64,000 nucleotides of DNA, taken from the NCBI GenBank assembly GCA_950097015.1, contig CATNEN010000039.1, positions 9,982,001-10,046,000 of the forward strand, given 5' to 3'. Shown in pieces: positions 47,145 to 59,900 of this stretch. The translations under genes were made by a program, and so were the position numbers. The notes beneath the pieces were generated by a model. It worked only from the letters and a program-made list of their open reading frames with translations, made no database searches and was not told where the DNA came from. This DNA comes from Macrostomum hystrix (lineage: Eukaryota; Animalia; Platyhelminthes). The first letter of the stretch is position 1. Every line of letters starts with the position of its first letter.

Positions 47145-50100
47145 TCAGGCAGGCCTGCTGTCGTACTTGCTGTCCCGGCAGTCGCAGTAGGGGAAATTGC
47201 AGCAGTCCTGCAGCCAGGGTCGCCACGCCAGCTTGGCGAAGGTGAACTGGCTGGGCACCGGGCTCAGGCCCGCCCGATGCCGCCGCTCGGCTTCGAGGAT
47301 CTGCGGCGTCAGTCGACGGTAGCGCTCCGAGTCGGCCGGGATCAGGGCGGTCTCGCGCTCGTCGGCGCTGAGGTCGTAGAGCAGCGGCTCCTGATGCCGT
47401 ACGCTGCCCAGGCCGTCTATGCAGCCGCAGATGTAACGGCATCCCTCGGTACCTGGCAGCCAGTCGGGTGAGTAATGCCGCAGTTTGAGCACACCCTCGG
47501 GCGAGTTCCAGCGGACAGCGTGCAGCAGATTGCCGCAGTACTGGAATAGAAAATCGTGCGGCGACTTTGTCGACTGCGGCTGGCGCAGCAGCTGCGTCAT
47601 GCTGCGCCCGTCAACGCCAGCTGGCACCGGCTGGCCCATCGCCTCCATCAGCGTCGGGAAGATGTCCATCTGCGACGTCATGGCGTTGCTCTGACTGCCG
47701 GCGGGGATGACACCAGGCCAGCGTAGGATGCCCGGGACGCGGATGCCGCCGTCCACAGCGCCCTGGCACTTGCTGCCCCGGTAGATGCCATTGTGACCTC
47801 CGGCGCGCTCGCCAGTGTGCGACTTCTCTTCGATGTGGCCGCCGTTGTCTGAGCTAAAGTACACGATGGTGTTGTCGGCTAGGCCGCGCTTGTCCAGGGC
47901 GTCAAGAATCTGACCGACGGACCAGTCCATCTCCTCCACGTTGTCACCGTACCAGCCGTGGGCGCTGCGGCCGCGGAAGCCTGGCACCGAGTTGTACAGC
48001 GGAGAATGCACCTGCGATTGCCAAATGAATGCGGCATTCAAATCAATGCACCAACCGCTGACACACCTCTGACACTAATAATAATAATATTTGCAGGAGG
48101 GCTGTGGGTAATGGCACACTTGGTGACGGTAGACCCGCGAGGAGACCTTTCTGCACGTTCCCCTGACTGCTGAGCACACACGCACGCAGATACTGTACAG
48201 AGGGACACACTCAGGTGTAGACATCTGCCCCTGAATTTCTCATCGTCAGGCAGTGTACACTCTCAATGTGCCTTGATGGTTGGCCCTCAAAGGCGTGAAT
48301 TGCACGACAAAGCCCAAACCATTTTTACCCGCCAAATCAATGTGGCCTCGCCGCGGAATTAACCTCCAGGGATGAGGTGCGTGAGGCAGAAGCGTTAACC
48401 GCTCTGACAATCACCACACACCTCTGACACACATCACACCTGTGACACTAGTCCCCACAGGATTGAGACTAATCCCCTCACCACTGACACTAATCCCAAC
48501 ATCGCTGACACTAATCCCCACACCTCTGACACTAATCCTCACACCTTCTGACACTAATCATCACACCTTCTGACACTAATCCCCACACCATCGTCACCAA
48601 CCACCCCATAGAGACAGAAATAGTCGGGATTTGCAAACCTGCAGGAATGCCATGAACAGAAGAAACGGCTTGCCCTCATCCAGCGCACGGTCCATGAATT
48701 CCTCGCCCTCCCACACAAGCCGCTGGGTCAGCTTATCGAAGCGAATGGGCTGTTCAACCAGCTCCGTCTGGCGGTAGAGCTGGCTGTTGACTGTGCGAAT
48801 CAGAAAACGAGGAATGCAGAGCAGAAAGCTGGAAACGAGGATGCTGAGAACGGCCAGGAAGATGACCAGCTTCTTGGACAGGATGCCAAACCTGGCCACC
48901 AGCCCTAGGGAGGCGAGCACTGCCAGCACAGTCAGACTGACATTTCTGTCGTAGTTTGGAAATCGTGAATAGAGAACAGCCTCGCCTAAGCTGCTGAAGT
49001 CCTTCAGTAGAGTGAGCAGGCAGCCATAGTAGTAGTCGAAGCCATGCTTATTCGGATGGTGACAGAAGTCCTTAGTATTGCCGCAGTGGGCGCCGAGGTG
49101 CCATTTTCCTGATGTTAGGGTGCATTTTCTGTTATCTTCGGCCCTGTGCACCCACCACCCCAAACTAGCCCTTGTGCACCCGCCACCCCAAACTAGCCCT
49201 GTGAACCCGCCACCCCAAACTAGCCCTTGTGCACCCGCCACCCCAAACTAGCCCTTGTGCACCCACCACCCCAAACTAGCCCTTGTGCACCCGCCACCCC
49301 AAACTAGCCCTGTGCACCCGCCACCCCAAACTAGCCCTTGTGCACCCACCACCCCAAACTAGCCCTTGTGCACCCGCCACCCCAAACTAGCCCTGTGCAC
49401 CCGCCACCCCAAACTAGCCCTGTGCACCCGCCACCCCAAACTAGCCCTTGCACCCGCCACCCTAACACTGTCTCATCTCAACCCGCCCAAACGTGATGTT
49501 AAGTAGACTCTACAGACCACGAGTACATATTCAGAGCTCTTTGGCACAGCTAACGCATCAGTGGATCGATGCCAATCATATTATCGGCGATAATGAAAAC
49601 AAAACTGTCCACAAAAATTTCACCAATTAGTCCGGTCTTGTAGCCGGCTCGCTGGGCCACTTTAGCGAAGGTGGTCTCATTGGTGGGCAGTCCGGCCTGG
49701 CTAGCTGTGAACGGGAACACCTGCATCTGGTTAGACGGAACCATTCCCATGCGGATGGGATATTTTCCCGTGAGCAGAGCGGCACGGCTTGGTGTGCAGA
49801 CAGGCGCCGCTGTCAGGTGGTGAGACAGGCGAACACCCTCGCGAGCGATCCGATCGACATTGGGCGTTTTAATTGTGGTATTTCCATTGGCACCTGTCAA
49901 TCATTGAGGATAGTGAATGCTAAAAATTAAAAGAAGTATTCCACAAAATATGTGAATCGACGTGACAAGATGTGAATCGGTGTGACAAGATGTGAATCGG
50001 TGTGACAAGATGTGAATCGGTGTGACAAGATGTGAATCGGTGTGACAAGATATGAATCTGTGTGACAAGATGTGAACCGGTTTGACAAGATATGAATCTT

Positions 50101-50957
50101 TGTGACAAGATGTGAACCGGTTTGACAAGATGTGAGTCGGTGTGACAAGATGTGAACCGGTTTGACAAGATATGAATCAGTGTGACAAGATGTGAACCGG
50201 TTTGACAAGATATGAATCTGAGTGAGAAGATGTGCCTAAATGTGATTCGGTTGTGACGTGGTGGGACAATATATGAAGCGGTTTTCGTCGAGATGTGACT
50301 TGATGAGTATCGGTGTGACGTGGTTTGAGAATGTGTGAAGCGGTGTTAGACGAGATATGAGTTGGTGTTTACGAGGTTTGAAAATGCGGGACAAGGTGTG
50401 ACGAGGTGTGAATCAGATGTGCAAAATTATTGTAAACGAGATAATTGAAAAAATGTTTAATTGCTTTATGTTCTGGCCAAACAAAAAGTAGAATATTTTC
50501 TAAATATACGAATGCATATCGTATAAGCCGCAGTTTGTTAATTAAACCTCGTAAAGTACATCGAATCGTGCTTCGGTCTTTTCGACTATCGGAAATTATC
50601 GGGTCATCAAACTGTCGAGTTAAAACTCGCTAAAAACACAGCGGCTCAGATGCTATTTGGTGTACTCCAATTAGCCTAGTAGGCCAAAGAGCACACTTCT
50701 CCAAGTGATCACAGGGGTCAGGATCAGGCCAAATCGAAATTGAAACAAATTAAACAAAGTGTTTTTCTGTCAGGTTAGAAAACTATGAAAACAAACTCGC
50801 CAATATCGCCAAACCCAAGATCGTCGACCAGAAGCACAACAATGTTCGGCTGCTTCCTCTTGCTGCTGGACTTATCCGTAGGGTCTGCTACCGCTGCAAT
50901 GGTCAGCAGCAGCAGCAGCAGCAGCAGCAGTGGAGTTTTGACGAATCGGTTTGACAT
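47145..50957 (-). CDS. Steryl-sulfatase / arylsulfatase (STS-ARSD-ARSE family), 587 aa
   Basis: Exons 50957-50801, 49893-49624, 49108-48639, 48011-47145. Signal peptide, PNIVVLLVDDLG, formylglycine motif CTPSRAALLTG, GKWHLG, a two-helix hydrophobic insert, SSDNGG and GGIRVPG. Confidence 0.94.
48076..48415 (-). mobile_element. SINE-like element, family B, copy 3 (full length with TSD)
   Basis: 15-bp direct repeat ACACACCTCTGACAC at 48061-48075 and 48416-48430. tRNA-like head on the minus strand and (ATT)n tail. Confidence 0.8.
48416..48590. repeat. Degenerate about 21-bp minisatellite (CTGACACTAATCCCCACACCT)n
   Basis: About 8 diverged units in sulfatase intron 3. Confidence 0.75.
49141..49465. 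repeat. 27/28-bp minisatellite (CCACCCCAAACTAGCCCTGTGCACCCG)n
   Basis: About 12 units in sulfatase intron 2. Same family as 51755-52066. Confidence 0.95.
49950..50420. repeat. 20-bp minisatellite (TGTGACAAGATGTGAATCGG)n
   Basis: About 14 clear units to about 50235, then strongly decayed units. Sulfatase intron 1. Confidence 0.9.
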
Positions 50958-51754
50958 TATTGCAATCTTCTGAAAGTGTGTAAATAACAAGCTGAAGGTC
51001 TGCAGTTAGAGTCCGTTGTATATATGCCGCTGTTGAAGTGTGCTTCGCTGACTAAGCGCTGATCAAAGGTCAAAACCTAGTATCACGCCATAGCAACTAC
51101 AATGTGTGCTCTAGCGAAATCAGTTGAATTCTCTCTTTTACCCAGAAAGTTTTATCTCATACAAATTGGTCTCTTATCAGCCCCCATATTAACTAGCTGT
51201 TTGTTGAAATTTCGAATGAATTTACACGGGGAATGAAGGTGAGAGCACATTTTTACCTTGAAATAAAATTTCAGCTGAGCATAGAAATTGTTGACAACAC
51301 CAATTTCTCGAAAACTGATTCGTCTTTGTAAATAAAAAATTGCTCTGTTTAAGACTGGGCGCGGTGACAGTGAAATGCACTGCATATGATGAAAATTGCG
51401 GGCTAAAGCCCGCCTAGAGTCTATTGAAATCCACTCAGCCATTATTCTTTTAATCTTCGGGACTATTCACTAAAATGAATATACCTGAATTCCTTTGAAG
51501 CTAAGCGGAGTGAAAAAAATAAAGTCGACAAGTCTGATGCAAAAAATATGATTTTCGTTAATTTATTTTTTGTTAAAATTCACATATTGACAGTCACGTG
51601 AGTATTTAACACAATGTATTCCACGCATATATCGAATCAAATAAGCTAAATAGATATACTGTATTGTTTGAATTATACAAAAAAATAACTTAATTATATA
51701 CTTATTGTGCTTACAGTATTAGTTATGAATTTTCTGACATCTTTATATATGCGC

Positions 51755-52066
51755 AACCGCCACCCCAAACTAGCCCTGTGCGCCCGCCACCCCAAACTAG
51801 CCCTGTGCACCCGCCACCCCAAACTAGACCTGTGCACCCGCCACCCCAAACTAGACCTGTGCACCCGCCACCCCAAACTAGCCCTGTGCACCCGCCACCC
51901 CAAACTAGACCTGTGCACCCTCCACCCCAAACTAGCCCTGTGCACCCTCCACCACAAACAAGCCCTTGCTCACCCGTCACCCCAAACTAGCACTGTGCGC
52001 CCAACACCCCCACTAGCCATGTGCACCCACCAACACAAACTAGGCCTGTGCGCCCGCCACCCCAAA
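51755..52066. repeat. 27-bp minisatellite (CCACCCCAAACTAG(C/A)CCTGTGCACCCG)n
   Basis: About 11 units starting about 800 bp upstream of the sulfatase start codon. Confidence 0.93.
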
Positions 52067-52706
52067 TTTAGTTTCAAGTTGATTTCAAAAACTGTATTAT
52101 TACTGTAATACTGTAAAAATGTATTCATGTCATTATCAAAATTAGTTTAAAGCTAGGGATCCAATTCTATATTTTTATCAACACAAACTGACATTTTCTG
52201 GCAGCAAATTTAGTCTAAAGAAAATGGTGACCCACTTGAGAGGTGCGACTCACTTGTTGGTCCCGTGAGTCCGCCATAGACAAAGCTATCCCAACTTTCT
52301 CTGATTGTCCAGCCAGTCAGCAAGTCAATCTCTTCAATGAGATTGCTGAGGGGTCAACTAAGGACGCCGGCTTCAAAGAGAAGTCAAAGAAGATGCACTA
52401 AAGAGGAAGGAAGAAGCTGAGTGCTTACCGTGATGAATACATGGGGGTGAGATACGCAAAGTCTAGTTAACTTGATTGGCTAATATTTCATAAACATTAT
52501 AAGCATAACATGCAGGTATATTCGAAAAGTGTAAGCATATCCGAAAAGTGTAAGCATATCCGAAAAGTGAAGTTCTATAGAATTGGCTAAAATAACTATA
52601 ATATAGTGTTTTCTACGATAAAAAATTGAGATAAAAAACTAATAATTTTCCATGCATCCCAGGTTACATAGTAACAGCCTAGCAACGTTGGCTTCCTTGA
52701 GTTGCT

Positions 52707-53841
52707 TCATTCCGTTCCCTTAGCCTCCAGCTTCTGTTGCTTCTGCCTGGCCAACGCTTTGGCCTTCGCTCTCTGATAGACAGAATCGGACTCAAGCCTG
52801 GCGTCCTCCTCCTCCCTCGCCGGAGTCATCAACGACAATGTGGCCGACGATTGAATCGGCGAAGCAGTTGGGTTAGTCGATGACAACATTGACGCCGACT
52901 CAGTAGTCGTAGAATCGTAGCCGACGCCAGTGGGCATTGGCGGGCCGAGGCGTCCTGCCTGAATGCCGCGACCAGTCAGGGTGGGCACCAGGCGAGTCAC
53001 CCTGGTCAGCTCGGCGACCATGCGGGCCTCTTCAACCGCCTCCATCTCCGCCTCGCTGTCACCTTCGTTGGCTGACGAAAACACTGCCGGCTGCGGCTGC
53101 GGCTGGGAGCTGGCGCTCTGATTCCGGCTGCGCCAGCGGAACATCGCGGCCGGACTGCGTAGGCTGCTGGATCCGCCACCGAAGAATGGGCTTTTGGGAG
53201 TCTGCGGCGACAGCGACAACGACAGAGACATTGCGGCTGCCGCCGACGCAGAGGCTGTGTCTGTGGAAGCCTCAGTCAGGCCTGAAAGTTTTTGGGTTCT
53301 AGCCAAGTGGTTTGAGCGTCGGACTAACGACTTGATGGTCGGGGGTTCGATTCCCGACTCCACTGGAAAAAATGTGTGTCCTTTAGTGACGAAATTAACT
53401 CTGTACTGCCTCTTTTCGTTCACCCTGCTGTTAAATGGGTACCAGCATCAGCTAGCGTAATTGAAGCGGCGTCTCCCCTGTCCATGGACTGAATAGCCTG
53501 TACACTGTTACGCCGCGTAACAGCTGCGACTGTGCTGTCGGCTGCACATCTGACCCAATTAGGAAAGGAGTAACCAACAATTTTTTTCTTAGTAAGACAG
53601 TCAGTTGTAAGTATTGTCCTTTATTACTTAGTCTACGCTAAGCCCGGACCCTGAGATACGCGGACTGCATCCTGAGCGACGCCAGAGCGCCCGACACCGC
53701 CAACGGACCGGAGTTCGTCCGATCGCTGGTCATGCGGCGGGGTCATCTGGCTCGGCCCCCACTTTCGACGCTGAACTCTGCGACTAGCGGGCCGTGTAGC
53801 TTGTTTTTGTTGTCTCGTTGTTGTTGTTGTAGTTGTTGTGT

Positions 53842-53872
<31 letters not shown>

Positions 53873-53915
53873 GTTGTTGTTGTTGTTGTTGTTGTTGTTG
53901 TGTTTGTTGTTGTGT

Positions 53916-53946
<31 letters not shown>

Positions 53947-56900
53947 CTTGTTGTTGTTGTTGTTGTTGTTATTATTGTTGTTGTGTTTGTTGTTGTTGTT
54001 GTTGTGCTTGTTGTTGTTGTTGTTGTTGTTATTGTTGTTGTTGTTGTTGTTGTTATTGTTGTTGTTGTTGTTGTTGTTGTTGTTAGTCTACGCTATGTTT
54101 GCTTTAACGGAGTGAAATAGCAAGGTCCATGAGCGCAGCCGCGGAGAAAATGCTTGAGGGAGGCTTGTCGTGCAATTTTCGCTCATGAGGACCGATTCCC
54201 AAGACTGAACTTTACAGTGACTGAAAATAAAAAAGTCAGGGCAGTTGTACACCCCTGCGTGAGTGTGCGCCTGTGTACAGTATCCGTGTGCTCTATGTTT
54301 AGGAGTCCGTTGAATGGGCAGCAGCATCGCCTTTTCCTCACTGGCTGCTGGTTGACGGTCACATTTAGCTTATAGTTAACCTCGAAGATTTCAAGCTGGA
54401 AAACCAGCGGAATTTCCATGGTTCAAGTAACAAAAAATTATTTCAAATATCAACTTTTTCCCCTATTTTTTCTGTTTCTTCAAATATGAAACCAATCGAC
54501 ATGAAAATCGAGAACACGCGCTAACATTTTCCGCTCTATCCGATGAAACAACTTCCAGAGTCACTAAACGTAGAGATATTCAACGATTCTCGTTGGGGGT
54601 GTCTGGTGCCAAAAACCACCAATAGTGGCATAATTGTTCTGCTCATAAAATTTCATCATGTAACCATGTAACCGGCTATTACTTTTAATTACTTTTTTTT
54701 TGCATTTTTGTTTATTTTTTTATTAAACCAAAATGGATTCGCTCAAGATGTTTATGCAGAGCAATGTCAGCTGTCCTTGTCACCAGGGTCTTCGACAAGA
54801 ATCGCTGAATATATCGACGATGCTGACGTCGGACGGATTTAAAAGCTAGATCATCGTAAATAAAGGGTAGAAAAATTTGATCCATATGGTAGACTTTCAC
54901 GAAAATAGGCTATCTGGTTTGAGAGCAATAGTGAAGAAGGCACTGGGTTATCTGAAATACCAACGTGGTCTTTCCCCCAGTGGGAAAAATAGTGTGGTCG
55001 CTCTCTTTTCTAAGTAATTGTTAGTTAGAAAACAATAAGAAATCTCAAAGTGGAAGCACTGTTCGGCTACTGACAGTAGGCATGCGTGCGGTAGTCAGCA
55101 AAACTCATTACGATTCCCAAATGGCTTTTTCTCACTTGGCAGGGAGTCCCTCGGCCCGCACCCGGTGTCCACCATCGGACCGTCGTGAATCCGAATGCCG
55201 TCAGTCTGTGAATAGTGCGACCGAAGGCACGGCTCATCGAAGCGCATCCGCTCGCAGTGCTCCGGATGGTAGGTGAAGTAGGAGCCGGTGTCGCCAGCGA
55301 TGGCGGTGGCGGTCTCACCCGGTCGGTAGAGCGACGATGTGTCGCGTGAGGCCGCAATTCCGACCGCTTCCTTCTCCTCAACGTTCTCTGTCTGGCACTC
55401 ACGACTGGCGCTCTCGACGGCCAACTGGAAGGCATCCAGGCGCGCTGTCACGCTGGCCACGGCGGTCTCCGTGCTTGTCTGCGACTCGGCCTCATGCATC
55501 TCGTGACCTCCTGCTGCTCGCATCGCGCTGTGTACAATATCCATTGGCCAATGAGACATCGTCTCCCTAGAATCAGGCCGATGCCATGAACTGGATACAG
55601 CCAGCTGGACAAAATCTTTTTCCGGCGTTCCAGCCTGACACTCCGCGTTCCGTCTGTCAAAGCCGTCTTTATTCGCAATCTCGCCGTTATCCTCAATCCT
55701 CGAATGTAAATTTGCTTCGACATTGTTGATTAGGCTAGTAACAGACTGACACTCGGAACAATTTTTTCCAAAGACACTGCAACCTGCCTGACACTCGGTC
55801 TCTTGTTTGTCAAAGACACTGCAACCGACCTGACACTCGGTCTCTTGTTTGTCAAAAACGCTGCAACCGACCTGACACCCGGTCTCTTGTTTGTCAAAGA
55901 CACTGCAACCGACCTGACACTCGGTCTCTTGTTTGTCAAAAACGCTGCAACCGACCTGACACTCGGTCTCTTGTTTGTCAAAGACACTGCAACCGACCTG
56001 ACACTCGGTCTCTTGTTTGTCAAAGACACTGCAACCGACCTGACACTCGGTCTCTTGTTTGTCAAAGACACTGCAACCGACCTGACACTCGGTCTCTTGT
56101 TTGTCAAAAACGCTGCAACCGACCTGACACTCGGTCTCTTGTTTGTCAAAGACACTGCAACCGACCTGACACTCGGTCTCTTGTTTGTCAAAGACACTGC
56201 AACCGACCTGACACCCGGTCTCTTGTTTGTCAAAGACACTGCAACCGACCTGACACTCGGTCTCTTGTTTGTCAAAAACGCTGCAACCGACCTGACACTC
56301 GGTCTCTTGTTTGTCAAAGACACTGCAACCGACCTGACACTCGGTCTCTTGTTTGTCAAAGACACTGCAACCGACCTGACACTCGATCTCTTGTTTGTCA
56401 AAAACGCTGCAACCGACCTGACACTCGGTCTCTTGTTTGTCAAAGACACTGCAACCGACCTGACACTCGGTCTCTTGTTTGTCAAAAACGCTGCAACCGA
56501 CCTGACACTCGGTCTCTTGTTTGTCAAAGACACTGCAACCGACCTGACACTCGGTCTCTTGTTTGTCAAAAACGCTGCAACCGACCTGACACTCGGTCTC
56601 TTGTTTGTCAAAGACACTGCAACCGACCTGACACTCGGTCTCTTGTTTGTCAAAGACACTGCAACCGACCTGACACTCGATCTCTTGTTTGTCAAAAACG
56701 CTGCAACCGACCTGACACTCGGTCTCTTGTTTGTCAAAGACACTGCAACCGACCTGACACTCGGTCTCTTGTTTGTCAAAGACACTGCTACCGACCTGAC
56801 ACCCGGTCTCTTGTTTGTCAAAGACACTGCTACCGACCTGGCACTCGGTCTCTTGTTTGTCAAAGACACTGCAACCGACCTGACGCTCGGTCTCTTGTTT

Positions 56901-59900
56901 GTCAAAGACACTGCAACCGACCTGACACTCGGTCTCTTGCTTGTCAAAAACACTGCAACCAGCCTGAGACAGGGCATCTAGTGTCACAAGCTCGTAAAGG
57001 CTTTGAGTCTCGGCTAGTTCAAGAGTTAAGTTTGTCTGAACATTTGCATGACAGCAGCTCCCGATGCTAGCCCCGACTGTTGATCCAGAGTCCCTCTTCG
57101 TGACGCAAGTTTCTGTCTGACAGTAACTATCCAGGTAATTCTCTGTTGGTTTAAGTCTGGCGTGAAGCGAATCAGAGATTACCTGAAGCTCTGGAGTTGT
57201 ATCGTGGTCGGTCTGAGCTTCCTGCTCATTGAGCTTGACCTTCAAGTGCTGACTACCAGTGTGAGTCATTTCCGGAAAGCTGGCAACGGTTAATTCAGTT
57301 GGGTTTATCTGCTGCGCACTTTTAACACCAGCATCCGCACTGGATGAAGCGCAACGAACGCTCGCTTCGGCGATTGCTGAACAGACAACTACCCCGGCGT
57401 TGACGCCGGCAGCAGAACAGCGACTCCACTGGCTGAGAACGGCGTAATCGGACAGCTCAGAGCAGGCGTGGCCAACCTGGCACTCGGAGTCCTCTCTGTC
57501 AAAGAAGAAGCTGCAGCCGGACTGGCACGCGAAGTTCTCGACGTCTGAGTAGCTGCAGCCTACCTGACAGCCGGCGCTGTCCCTGCCAGTGAAGAAGCTG
57601 CAGCCGGACTGGCATTCGGTGTCCAGCCGGTCGCAGAAGAAGGCGCAGCCAGCTTGACTGTCCATCTGCTCAAGATCAAAGAAGAAGCTACAGCCCACTT
57701 GGCAAGCGAAATTCTCTGTTTCAAAAGTACCGCTTCCGGCCTGAGACGAGGCATTCAGCATTCTAAGAAGTTCGTCGTCGACTTGAATCTCCACGTGTCT
57801 TTGAATCTCGAAAGTGACTTCGTGCAGGCTGCCAGTCTCTATAAGAAGAATTCCTGGGCTTGCCCGCACATTCGCTTGGCTGAAGCTCCACAATCTCGCA
57901 CCTGCTGAAGCGGATTGATCGCAGCTGAGCAGGCAGCTGTCGGTCTGCTCGCTCTGGTCAGAATGGCTGATCGGACTCTGGAAGTTGTGGAGTTTCTCGC
58001 TGACCACCTCGTACTCCGTCTGTGCGCTGAGTTCCTTCGAAGCAATCGTCGAATGCTGACATTCGGTGTGAGCCGATTCAGCGGTTCTGGCTTCAACGGA
58101 ACTTGTCATACTAAGCCAACCTGTGCCTACTGAAGACGCAGCAGTTTCTATGGCGCAAACAGCAAGCACTTCAGCAGTCAGCGGACGCATTGAAACTGAA
58201 ACAGTGTCAGATTTCTCGCGGTGCATTGTGCTCCATTCGCTGAGAAAGGCGGATTCACAATTGCCACCTTCTGGCTGAGTTGGAACTTTGATTGTCTCTT
58301 CGTTTGCTGCCACCTTGGCTGAAACTGACTGCCTCAGGCCGATCAGCTCGTAAAGGCTTCCGGTAGTAGTTAGTGCAGAGCTCGAGCGCACGCTGGCCTG
58401 ACCAAAGCCAGAGAAGACGCTCGCGCCAGCTGAAGCAGCGGTGTCGCAACGGTGGAAACTGCTGCAGCCCACTTGAACACCTGAGCTGCTGAGACTAAAC
58501 AGACTCGCTTCAGTCTGTTCGCACCGCTCAACTTGCTCCACTGTTGGCCTTTGACTGCTGTGGAGTGTCTCCACGACCTGCCGATGCACTTGCTCCTCCG
58601 CGGGTGCCATATCAGCAGAAGTAGCTGAAGTAGCTGCTGCCTCTGTTCGCGCTGCCATATCAGAGACTGCCGCTTGCAGGTGTTGACTGCCAGTCTGACG
58701 CATTGTGGGCAGCTTGGCAACTGCAAAGTCTGCCGAGACTGGCTGTAGCGTCTCGGTGAATGCATCACTGCGTTGAGTTATCCAGCTGACAGTAGCATCA
58801 AACAATATTGGCTGCACTATCACGGATGCAATAGCGGACGCTGGGACAACCAGGGATGGCGGTCGATACAACTGCGCCAGGGACTCGCTCCATGCACTGG
58901 GAATGTGCTGCTCTGTGAACTCGAACAGACTGCAACCGACCTGACAGTCGCTCTCCGCTCTGCTGAAGTAGCTGCTTCCGACCTGACAGTCGCTCTCCGC
59001 TCTGCTGAAGTAGCTGCTTCCGACCTGACAGTCGCTCTCCGCTCTGCTGAAGTAGCTGCTTCCGACCTGACAGTCGCTCTCCGCTCTGCTGAAGTAGCTG
59101 CTTCCGACCTGACAGTCGCTCTCCGCTCTGCTGAAGTAGCTGCTTCCGACCTGACAGTCGCTCTCCACTCTGTTGAAGTAGCTGCTTCCGACCTGACAGT
59201 CGCTCTCCACTCTGTTGAAGTAGCTGCTTCCGACCTGACAGTCGCTCTCCGCTCTGCTGAAGTAGCTGCTTCCAACCTGACAGTCGCCATCAGCTCTGTC
59301 AAAGAGGCTATTTCCAATTTGACAATCAGTGTCGGCAATGTCATAGTAGCTGCACCCAACTTGAGACTCCGTGTTCTCCAACGAGAAACTGCTGCAGCCA
59401 GCCTGCGTAGCAGCTTCAGTCGTCTGATGGACAGCCTTCATGGAAACATGCTGAATATCTATCTGATGAAAGCAAGCAGTTTCACCTAATTTAGGCGTTG
59501 CATTCACCTGGCCATCTGCTGAGTCCCACACGCTAATACCTGCACACATTTCGGAATGAATACAGTCAATAAGGCTAACACCAGACTGCTCGCTCTTGTC
59601 TGACAAGTCTTGTATGCTCGGACCGAACTGTGCGCTAAAATCTGATCCGTGATAAGCACTGGCTCCGGACTGATGACCTTGATCCGTCCTGTCAAAATAA
59701 CTGGCTCCAGACTGATGACCTTGATCCGTCCTGTCAAAGACACTGGCTCCGGACTGATGACCTTGATCCGTCCGTTCAAAGACACTGGCTCCGGACTGAT
59801 GACCTTGATCCGTCCTGTCAAAAGAACTGGCTCCAGACTGATGACCTTGATCCGTCCGTTCAAAGACACTGGCTCCGGACTGATGACCTTGATCCATCGT

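Noticed and set aside
53641-53800. Candidate minus-strand exon of the plakin-like gene
   Set aside because: It lies inside a TSD-bounded retroposon insertion, and the neighbouring exons join in phase without it.
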